This document shows, in pieces, positions 28,387-36,410 of a stretch of DNA of 40,512 nt. A program made the position numbers and the translations under genes. The notes below the pieces were generated by a model. That model made no database searches, was not told where the DNA came from, and saw nothing but the letters and a program-made list of their open reading frames with translations. Every line of letters begins with the position of its first letter. Positions within the stretch are counted from its first letter, which is position 1. The stretch comes from Akkermansiaceae bacterium (lineage in GTDB: Bacteria; Verrucomicrobiota; Verrucomicrobiia; Verrucomicrobiales; Akkermansiaceae): NCBI GenBank assembly GCA_051251915.1, contig JBPOGF010000027.1, forward strand, positions 1-40,512, read 5' to 3'.

Positions 28387-28960
28387 CCTGAAATCTTTAA
28401 ACGAACACCAGCTTAACAAAGCAGTGAGCAATCAAAATCAAATTCTTGTCGGAAAATTCGACGACTTCTCGTGGATCCGATGTGAGGGCAAAGGATCTTT
28501 TGCCAACAGCCCCCAGATGAAGCAATGGGCTGAAACTCACGTTGCAGCCGGTAGGCACCGCGTTGTCGTAGACCTTGAGCTATGCACCGGAATGGACTCC
28601 ACATTTATGGGAACTATGGCCGGCATCGCCATGAGATTAGCCAAGCTTCCAGATGGCGTCTTACAAGTAACAGGAGCCAGTGACAAAAATAGAAACTCAC
28701 TCGAGGATTTAGGCCTCAGCATGCTACTCGAAATAGAACCAGAAGAAGCTGATTGGCAGAACAACATTGCTAGTATTCGCAACTCACTCAACGAAGCATC
28801 AGAAACTGGAGCGGTGGACAGCACCCAGCACGTATTAGATGCTCATAAGCTACTCTGTGAGGCTGATGAAAGTAATGATGAAAAATTTTCTACGGTCCTT
28901 GATGTGCTAGAAGCTGAGCTAGAGAACCGCGTTCAAAAACAAAATAAGCAAGGCTCTTAG
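28382..28960 (+). CDS. STAS-domain anti-sigma-factor antagonist
   Basis: VVVDLELCTGMDSTFMG with phospho-acceptor Ser; probable start GTG 28424. Confidence 0.88.
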   Translation: MILKSLNEHQLNKAVSNQNQILVGKFDDFSWIRCEGKGSFANSPQMKQWAETHVAAGRHRVVVDLELCTGMDSTFMGTMAGIAMRLAKLPDGVLQVTGASDKNRNSLEDLGLSMLLEIEPEEADWQNNIASIRNSLNEASETGAVDSTQHVLDAHKLLCEADESNDEKFSTVLDVLEAELENRVQKQNKQGS

Positions 28961-29003
28961 TTAGTCAGCATGGATGAGTACTTGAGAAAATGACCCAGCC
29001 TAA

Positions 29004-30485
29004 ATGACACCAGCAACTTATTCCATCAGTAGTCTACACCAAGACTTCTCCCTGATCAACTTTCTCATCGGGGTGTTTGGAATTATTGTTATTTTATACC
29101 TCTACATGCTCTGGCGTAAAACCCGTCAAAGCTTACAGGAAACCAAAGATCAAAAGGATCAGCTAGAAGGTGAAGAGAACCGCATGTTCGCCTTCCTTCA
29201 CACTCTAGGCCTAGCCATCGAAAAAGATCACTCTAAAGGTAAACTTCACCGCGAGATCGTGGATGGCATCGTTACCGTTGTGGATGCTATAGGCGGTGCT
29301 ATTTATCTCCTAGATAAACGTAAACGCTACCTCCTACCCACCTACCTCAATGAGCAGTGCCCACAGCTCATCGGTCTCCCCGTCGAAATCAGAGAAAAAG
29401 CCAAGCTCAACCCTAAAGCAATCAAAAGTGCCATCAGACTGAGTAAAGTCCCTGCTAATGAAGGAATGCTCGGCAGCATCCTCAGCAACAGAATCGCTCA
29501 GCATGTCCCTGATGTAAAAAACCATGACGCTTTCCGTGATGCTTTCATTCACTTCGATGAAGAAATCTCAGCACTTATCGCACCCATGAGTTATGGTGGC
29601 AGAGACCTCGGTCTACTTGTCATCACCAGAGACAGCAGCCGCAGACCTTTCTCAGAAAGCGAGTTCAAACTCTTCCAGTCCGCCAGCGAGCAGTCCGCAT
29701 TCGCTCTAGGCAATGCAAAAATTCACCACGAAGCGAACGAAAAACGTAAGTTTGAAAGCGAGCTCAGGATAGCCAGAGATGTCCAAAGCGTTCTCCTCCC
29801 AAACTCAGACCCAGATATTCCAGGCTACCGTATTTTAGGAACTAACTCCCCTGCCCGCATTATCAGCGGCGATTACTTTGACTACATCCCACTTGAAAAT
29901 GGTAGGACCGCCGTAGTCATCGCAGATGTCACAGGAAAAGGCGTGGCCGCTGGGCTCCTTATGGCAATGTGTCGTAGCGCATTGCGCTGTGAACTTCTAC
30001 GCGAGCAAGACCCACTCGAAGCCCTATCACGAGTCAACAAACAAATCTTTGCCGATATTCGCGAAGACATGTTCATCAGCCTTGCTCTTTACATCCTCAA
30101 CGACAAAGACGGTAGCATCCAGCTCGTCTGCGCTGGCCACGACAAAGCACCTCTGGTAAGAAAAAATGGTGACTTAGAATGGATCAAGCCACCAGGCCTT
30201 GCCATAGGTCTCGACGACGGAGATGTCTTCTCACGTGTGACTAAGCCTCACGACTTCAACTTAGAATCTGGTGATAGCTTGTTACTCTACACCGATGGTG
30301 TCACAGAAGCCTTAAACCCAGAACAAGACGAATACGGAAAAGACCGTATGGCTGAAGCCTTTAAATCAGCCGCCCAAGGCGGCGCTGAACACATCGTCAC
30401 CGAGCTAAGCAAAGACCTTAAATCCTTCGTAAACGGCTACCAGCAGATGGATGACATCACCATCATCGCGATTGAGAAACGATAA
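29004..30485 (+). CDS. TM-GAF-PP2C (SpoIIE/RsbU-like) phosphatase
   Basis: ELRIARDVQ, ISGDYFD, IADVTGKG, CAGH, LYTDGVTEA, DDIT; preceded by a GAF-like region and an N-terminal TM. Confidence 0.92.
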   Translation: MTPATYSISSLHQDFSLINFLIGVFGIIVILYLYMLWRKTRQSLQETKDQKDQLEGEENRMFAFLHTLGLAIEKDHSKGKLHREIVDGIVTVVDAIGGAIYLLDKRKRYLLPTYLNEQCPQLIGLPVEIREKAKLNPKAIKSAIRLSKVPANEGMLGSILSNRIAQHVPDVKNHDAFRDAFIHFDEEISALIAPMSYGGRDLGLLVITRDSSRRPFSESEFKLFQSASEQSAFALGNAKIHHEANEKRKFESELRIARDVQSVLLPNSDPDIPGYRILGTNSPARIISGDYFDYIPLENGRTAVVIADVTGKGVAAGLLMAMCRSALRCELLREQDPLEALSRVNKQIFADIREDMFISLALYILNDKDGSIQLVCAGHDKAPLVRKNGDLEWIKPPGLAIGLDDGDVFSRVTKPHDFNLESGDSLLLYTDGVTEALNPEQDEYGKDRMAEAFKSAAQGGAEHIVTELSKDLKSFVNGYQQMDDITIIAIEKR

Positions 30486-30502
30486 GGCGATCGATCAAGA
30501 CG

Positions 30503-30531
30503 AAAAAAGCCCACTGCTTAGCAATGGGCTT
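30503..30531 (-). terminator. Intrinsic terminator between the convergent PP2C and OMP genes
   Basis: AAAAAAGCCCACTGC TTA GCAATGGGCTT; U6 tract on the minus strand. Confidence 0.7.
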
Positions 30532-30573
30532 AATGTAAATATTAATACTGAAAATCAATTCTTTAGTAACTGA

Positions 30574-31368
30574 TTAGAAGCGGTAGGAAAGCTTCAACTG
30601 AAGAGTATGGAAATCAAAATCGTCTTCAGATCCTCTAGCATTAGTTGAACCAGATTGAGTTGCAAATGGCCCATTAGTGAAGTTCGTTGTAAAGTCATTA
30701 CCTCCTGCATTTGTATACAAATACTCCATGGTAAGTGACCAGTTTTGGTTTAGACGTGTCTCCACACCAGCACCTACTACAAAGCCCCAATCACTATCGT
30801 GCCCCCCTGAGGACGTACGATTAGTATTGTTAGAGTTAAATTTGTAATCAGCGTTTGTGTAAGCCAGACCACCAGTCACAAAAAGCATAGTGCGATCTGT
30901 CATCAGGTAACCAGCACGTAATCTTAGTGAACCATAATCATCAATGGTTCGTTCCTCATGGTAAAATGCAGGCGTTGCTGAGAAACCACTCTGACTCTCT
31001 TTTATGTCAGTGAAGTTGTAATCTAAAACCGCACCTACTACCCACTTCGAGTTGACCTGATGATCGTAACCAACATGAAAACCATAAGTAAATGATTCTT
31101 CAAAATCATGATCGAAGTTTTGTCGGAACGCATCACCACCTGTAAAAGGTACAGTATCGCCAAAGGTACCATCAAGATTAGAATCTAATTCTAATACCCC
31201 ATCGTTACTTGTATCAAATGCTAGGCCAACCTGTCCACCAGCATAAAAGCCAGTCCACCCCATGTCAGTAACAGAGGTTGGATGTAAGACCATAGGAACG
31301 TGATCTCCTGCATACACATTACTTGCTAGAAACATTCCGGTGGATACTGCTAATATTGTTTTTTTCAT
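30574..31368 (-). CDS. Outer-membrane beta-barrel protein (Omp25/Omp31-like)
   Basis: Signal peptide, WTGFYAGGQVG, LRLRAGY, GFVVGAGVE, EYLY, C-terminal LSYRF. Confidence 0.85.
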   Translation of the reverse strand: MKKTILAVSTGMFLASNVYAGDHVPMVLHPTSVTDMGWTGFYAGGQVGLAFDTSNDGVLELDSNLDGTFGDTVPFTGGDAFRQNFDHDFEESFTYGFHVGYDHQVNSKWVVGAVLDYNFTDIKESQSGFSATPAFYHEERTIDDYGSLRLRAGYLMTDRTMLFVTGGLAYTNADYKFNSNNTNRTSSGGHDSDWGFVVGAGVETRLNQNWSLTMEYLYTNAGGNDFTTNFTNGPFATQSGSTNARGSEDDFDFHTLQLKLSYRF

Positions 31369-31770
31369 TTTTATTTATTGTTTGGGTTCACACAGATTAT
31401 TTTAATCTGCTTAGCGTACAGTATCGAGCCACCACTAGGTGAAGTCAAATGATAAACTCGATCACATTTAAAATAAAACACTAGCCCCTCCAAACTAGCT
31501 CCTAACAGGAAACTTTCCATTATTGCCCGAAGTTAATCCTATCTTCATATCCTATATTGTTAGTATTTCATCTCTCGCCTAAACTGAATGGGCTTGCAAA
31601 AATAACTGCAAACACTGAGCTTCACTCTAGTTCCTAAAGCGCCTTTTATAAATACTGCTGGCAAATAACCTCACTTAGCTACACACCAGTAATTTTGAGA
31701 AACTTCAGAAGATGAGGTTTCTCAAAAATCATACCTAACAGACTAACCGAAAGAATTCCGCCACCTATCT

Positions 31771-32682
31771 ATGACTCCATCACCACTCAAGGCTCTATTC
31801 TATTCCCTCATCTGCGCGCTTTTATTCGGAAGTGCGTTCCCAGCCATCAAAACCGTTTATGCAGACTGGGGCTCGCGTGGATTAGAAGTTGGGATCTTCG
31901 CCATCTGGCTCTTCGCAGGTGTTAGATTCATCATTGCCGGCATCGGACTACTCTGCGCAGCGAGACAACCATTTGTAGAATTGAAAAACACCCCATGGCG
32001 CTTACTCCTCCTCTTCACCCTCGGACAAACCACACTCCAATACATCTTCTTCTATCTAGGAGTTTACGTATCCAGTGGCAGTCTAGCAGCCCTACTCGCC
32101 GGCTCAGGTAGTTTCTGGTGGATGATGCTAGCACCCCTGATCGTCAAGTCCCCATGGCCAACCCGCATACAATGGGCTGCTGTCATCTTCGGATTCCTCG
32201 GCGTAGCCATCTCGGTCTACTCCCCCGGTAGTGGCGCAAGCAATCCTATCCTCGGCGCAGTATTTATTCTCACATCCACACTATTCGGAGCCATCGGCAT
32301 CATCATTTTCGGTAAAATAAAACCTACGATGGGCTCTAAAGCAGGCTCTGGCTTTGCCCTACTTTTCGGAGGCATCATCCTATTTCTACTAGGCTCGCCT
32401 GCCATCTCAGAGCTACCCCAGCTATTCAACACCAAGATCATATACCTCACCCTCTGGCTCGCTTTCGTCTCAGCCATGGGCTTCGCCTTGTGGAACCACC
32501 TCTCCACCATCTACCCCGTCTCCCTACTCGCCAGCTACCGGTTCCTTATCCCCCTCTGTGGAGTCATCGAGTCCCTCATCATACTTAAATCTGAGTCTCC
32601 AGGACTCGGCCTACTCATCGGTGGCCCCATGATTCTAATCTCCATCTATGTCGCCCAAAGATTCCAGAAAACCCGACCGTGA
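31771..32682 (+). CDS. DMT/EamA family transporter
   Basis: About ten TM helices in two EamA-like repeats; LFGSAFPAIK, FAGVRF. Confidence 0.88.
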   Translation: MTPSPLKALFYSLICALLFGSAFPAIKTVYADWGSRGLEVGIFAIWLFAGVRFIIAGIGLLCAARQPFVELKNTPWRLLLLFTLGQTTLQYIFFYLGVYVSSGSLAALLAGSGSFWWMMLAPLIVKSPWPTRIQWAAVIFGFLGVAISVYSPGSGASNPILGAVFILTSTLFGAIGIIIFGKIKPTMGSKAGSGFALLFGGIILFLLGSPAISELPQLFNTKIIYLTLWLAFVSAMGFALWNHLSTIYPVSLLASYRFLIPLCGVIESLIILKSESPGLGLLIGGPMILISIYVAQRFQKTRP

Positions 32683-32721
32683 GATTGACGCGGTTTCCCC
32701 TAACTGCTAGTTCACTAGGAC

Positions 32722-34206
32722 ATGAAATCACCTTACCAAGAACTCGTCGCACTCAATAAAGAAATTAGCCTCCTCGGAAGCGCCGCCTCATGCCTAGGAT
32801 GGGACCAGGAGACCTACTTACCTAAGAAATCTCTCAGCCACAGAGCCAACCAATTATCCTACCTCTCTGGAAAAATCCACTCCATGGCTACAGGTAAGGA
32901 TTTTCAAGCCAAACTAGAAGCCGCCGAACAAGCCGGATCTAACAACCTAACAGAATCTGCAAACCTCCGTGAGTGGAGACACCAGTTTGACAAGTCTAAC
33001 AAACTCCCCCAAGAACTCGTCGAACGCTCATCACAATCCACCTCACTAGCCAAAGCAGCTTGGGCAAATGCTCGCGAAAAAAACGAATTCAACCTCTTCG
33101 CTCCTCACCTCGAAAAACTCGTTGAAATCGCCAAAGAAAAAGCAGAACTCTGGGGCTACGAAGACGAACCCTATGACGCTTTGCTAGGCTGCTACGAACG
33201 TGGTGCTAAGACATCAGACGTAGCTAAAATTTTCAACACCTTCAGCCCACAGATCATCGACACCGCACGCCTCGCCGTAGAGAAATCCCTCGCAAATCCA
33301 GCACGCAAATTTGAAGGAGACTTCCCAATCGTAGCCCAGCAAACACTCAACAAAGAAGTCGCCGCCTCCATCGGATTCGACTTCGATGCCGGCAGAATCG
33401 ACACCACCACCCATCCATTCTGCACCACACTCGGCCCACAAGACATCCGCCTCACCACCCGCTACTACGCTCATGATTTCACAGCCTCACTCTTCGGAGT
33501 GATGCACGAGACTGGCCACGGCCTTTACGAACAAGGCCTTCCGTCCGATGACTTCGGACTACCCAGCGGAGACTCAGTTTCCCTAGGCATCCACGAATCC
33601 CAATCCCTCCTCTGGGAAGCCCACGTTGGACGCTCAAGCGGATTCTGGAATAAATGGTTCCCACGCGCACAAGAACTCTTTCCACAAATGAAAGACTGGT
33701 CAGTCGACGAATTCCTCCACACCATCAATCAAGCCAAATACTCACTCATTCGAGTGGACGCAGATGAAGCCACCTACGACCTCCACATACTCCTCAGATT
33801 CGCACTAGAAAGAAAAATCCTCAATGGTGAAATCGCCATCGCAGACATCCCGGCAGCTTGGAACGAAAGCTTCCAAGAAATGTTCGGCATGAAACCACCC
33901 ACAGACACCCAAGGTTGCCTCCAAGACATCCATTGGTCTATGGGTGGCATGGGGTATTTCTCCACCTACTCACTAGGGAATTTAAATGCCTCACAGCTAT
34001 TCCACGCCGCCACCAAGGACACCTCAGTGCGCACCGCATTCGACAACGCAGACTACGCACCCCTCCTCAACTGGATGCGAGAAAACATCCACGCACACGG
34101 TTCCACCTACCTCCCTCAAGACCTCATGAAAAAAGCAACCGGCGAAGGAACAAATCCAAACTATCACCTCGCCCACCTCAAACGCAGATTCCTTGGCGAA
34201 TCGTAA
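32722..34206 (+). CDS. Carboxypeptidase M32 (Taq-type)
   Basis: LGWDQETY, HPFC, DIRLTTRY, HETGH, HESQ, IRVDADE, GCLQDIHW. Confidence 0.95.
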   Translation: MKSPYQELVALNKEISLLGSAASCLGWDQETYLPKKSLSHRANQLSYLSGKIHSMATGKDFQAKLEAAEQAGSNNLTESANLREWRHQFDKSNKLPQELVERSSQSTSLAKAAWANAREKNEFNLFAPHLEKLVEIAKEKAELWGYEDEPYDALLGCYERGAKTSDVAKIFNTFSPQIIDTARLAVEKSLANPARKFEGDFPIVAQQTLNKEVAASIGFDFDAGRIDTTTHPFCTTLGPQDIRLTTRYYAHDFTASLFGVMHETGHGLYEQGLPSDDFGLPSGDSVSLGIHESQSLLWEAHVGRSSGFWNKWFPRAQELFPQMKDWSVDEFLHTINQAKYSLIRVDADEATYDLHILLRFALERKILNGEIAIADIPAAWNESFQEMFGMKPPTDTQGCLQDIHWSMGGMGYFSTYSLGNLNASQLFHAATKDTSVRTAFDNADYAPLLNWMRENIHAHGSTYLPQDLMKKATGEGTNPNYHLAHLKRRFLGES

Positions 34207-34352
34207 CCCATCCTTACGGGAATATAGTCGCAGATCTAACACTCCCACCTGTAAACCTTGGCCAAAATAGAATATGTCGAAATTAACCAAAGCATTTTTA
34301 TACTCTCTTAGCAATCAGAGGAACCTTGATCCTATTCACACAAAATAATACC

Positions 34353-34931
34353 ATGTCAGAAGAACAAAAGATAGCTGCAACCATGCCTGTAGTAGCAGAA
34401 GGCCACCAACAAATCACCCTCGGCGCTGGATGCTTCTGGTGCGTTGAAGCCGTCTACAACCGACTCGATGGAATCATCTCAGCCACCTCTGGTTACATGG
34501 GCGGCACCAATCCTAAGCCAACCTACGAAGACGTCATCCGCGAAAACACCGGCGAAGTCGAAGTAGTCCACATCGTCTACAACCCAGAGAAAATCTCCAC
34601 AGAAACCATCCTCGCATGGTTCTGGAAAGCCCATGACCCTACCCAAGCAGACGGTCAAGGCGGCGACCGTGGACCACAATACCTATCCACCATTTTCTGC
34701 CACACAGACGAACAGAAAAAAATAGCTGACACCTCAAAAGTCAACGTCCAAATAGACTTCAAAGACCCCATCACCACCAACATCAAAATGGCCAGTAAAT
34801 TTCACCCCGCAGAAGTCTACCATCAAGACTATTACCGCCTCAATAAGAACAAAAATCCATATTGCACCATGGTCATCGCCCCAAAAATGGAGAAGCTCAA
34901 CCTAGAAGACAAACCAGACACCACAAAATAA
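34353..34931 (+). CDS. msrA: Peptide methionine sulfoxide reductase MsrA
   Basis: GAGCFWCVE, SGYMGG, PTYEDV, HDPTQ, GPQY, FHPAEVYHQDYY, NPYC. The ORF opens at TTG 34326; ATG 34353 is likelier. Confidence 0.93.
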   Translation: MSEEQKIAATMPVVAEGHQQITLGAGCFWCVEAVYNRLDGIISATSGYMGGTNPKPTYEDVIRENTGEVEVVHIVYNPEKISTETILAWFWKAHDPTQADGQGGDRGPQYLSTIFCHTDEQKKIADTSKVNVQIDFKDPITTNIKMASKFHPAEVYHQDYYRLNKNKNPYCTMVIAPKMEKLNLEDKPDTTK

Positions 34932-34943
34932 GCATCCGCAAAA

Positions 34944-35015
34944 TACCCCAGGCAGGAATCGAACCTGCATCTAAGCTTTAGGAGAGCCTTGTTCTATCCG
35001 TTGAACTACTGGGGC
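34944..35015 (-). tRNA. tRNA-Arg (anticodon CCT), CCA not encoded
   Basis: GCCCCAGTAGTTCAACGGATAGAACAAGGCTCTCCTAAAGCTTAGATGCAGGTTCGATTCCTGCCTGGGGTA folds as a cloverleaf; loop CT-CCT-AA; T-loop GTTCGATTC. Confidence 0.95.
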
Positions 35016-35119
35016 GTCAGTATTGCGATGATGCGGCGACACATTAGTTCGCACCTACCGCTTATAGCAAGCAAGATTTTTTACGTTGCAATTGAATCTT
35101 CCGCTTTTAAATTCCCTCC

Positions 35120-36142
35120 ATGGAAAAGCGCAGATTAGGGAAAAGTGGAATAGTCGTCAGCAACATCGGTCTCGGAACCATGACCTTTGGCACCCAAGCC
35201 GACAAAGAAGAAAGCTACAACATCATGGACGCCGCCGTAGAAGGCGGCATTGACTTCTTCGACACCGCAGAAGTCTACCCCGTCCCCCCTACAAAAGAAC
35301 TCGCCGGCATAACAGAAGAATGGATCGGCGACTGGATGCAGGACAAGTCCATCAAACGAGAATCCCTCATCATCGCCTCCAAAATCGCAGGCCCCGCTCA
35401 CGGATGGTTTAACCCACCAGTCAGATCAGACAAAGCCGCCATCGATGGCTTCAACATCCGCCGCGCGCTAGAAGCCAGCTTCAAACGACTCAAAACCGAC
35501 TACATCGACCTCTACCAAATCCACTGGCCAGACAGCGGAATGCGCGCCATCGATGCCCTTGAAACCCTAGACGACCTCGTCCGCGAAGGAAAAATCCGCG
35601 CCTACGGCCTCTCCAATGACACCTGCTACGGCCTCATGAAATGGCTCAGCTCAGCAGACGCCGCCGGCCTCCGCCGTGCAGATACAATCCAGAACAACTT
35701 CTCCGTAAACAACCGCAGATTCGAAGACGAACTCAGCACAGCCTGCCTCGCAGAAGGAGTCAGCTGCCTCCCCTACTCACCACTCGGCGGCGGAGTCCTC
35801 TCCGGCAAATACAACGACGGAGCAAAACCAGACGGCGCACGTTTCACCGAATACCTCAACGGCCCAATCCGCCAACAAAAAATGGCGGGCCGCTTCATTA
35901 ACGACCGCTCCATCGCCAACACCAAAGCCATCATGGCCATCGCCGAGCGTGAAGGCATCGACCCCGTCACCTTCGCCATCGCCTGGAGCAAACAACACGA
36001 CTTCGTTGCCTCCACCCTCATCGGCGTCAGCTCCCTAGATCAGCTCCCCGCCCACCTCGCTGCATCAGACCTAACCATTAGCAATGACATCATCAAAGAG
36101 ATCGACAACATCACCAACTCAAACCTCTACCCAATGGGCTAA
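35120..36142 (+). CDS. Aldo/keto reductase (Tas-like)
   Basis: GLGTMTFG, FFDTAEVYP, IASK, DYIDLYQIHWP, YSPLGGGVLSGKY. Confidence 0.92.
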   Translation: MEKRRLGKSGIVVSNIGLGTMTFGTQADKEESYNIMDAAVEGGIDFFDTAEVYPVPPTKELAGITEEWIGDWMQDKSIKRESLIIASKIAGPAHGWFNPPVRSDKAAIDGFNIRRALEASFKRLKTDYIDLYQIHWPDSGMRAIDALETLDDLVREGKIRAYGLSNDTCYGLMKWLSSADAAGLRRADTIQNNFSVNNRRFEDELSTACLAEGVSCLPYSPLGGGVLSGKYNDGAKPDGARFTEYLNGPIRQQKMAGRFINDRSIANTKAIMAIAEREGIDPVTFAIAWSKQHDFVASTLIGVSSLDQLPAHLAASDLTISNDIIKEIDNITNSNLYPMG

Positions 36143-36188
36143 TCATCTAGCTGGACAAAAAAACACCAAGCCTTAGCCTAACAAAACA

Positions 36189-36410
36189 ATGAAAGACGCA
36201 CCAATAGTAACCGAAGGAAAAGTGATCAACCGTAGAGATGAACGCACATTTTGCGTAGAGCTCAAGAACGGCAAACAAATCATCGGCCATACCCAAATGA
36301 AAATGGCCCACCTCCGTGACGAAGTCAAAGACGGCGATACAGTCCGACTAGAAATGACCACATTCGACTTTGAAAAAGGACGCATCACAGAAATCATTCC
36401 CACCCCATAA
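36189..36410 (+). CDS. Translation initiation factor IF-1-like protein (divergent)
   Basis: 73 aa; EGKV...FCVELKNG...GH..MKM...GDTVRLEMTTFDFEKGRI follows the IF-1 OB-fold pattern, but the basic loop is divergent. Confidence 0.75.
   Translation: MKDAPIVTEGKVINRRDERTFCVELKNGKQIIGHTQMKMAHLRDEVKDGDTVRLEMTTFDFEKGRITEIIPTP

Noticed and set aside
34353..34931. Selenoprotein MsrA
   Set aside because: The catalytic codon is TGC (Cys). The other TGA-terminated genes end at their expected family C-termini.
34944..35015. tRNA near selB as tRNA-Sec, or as an island integration site
   Set aside because: It is 72 nt with anticodon CCT and a short variable loop. No integrase, and I saw no duplicated 3' end.
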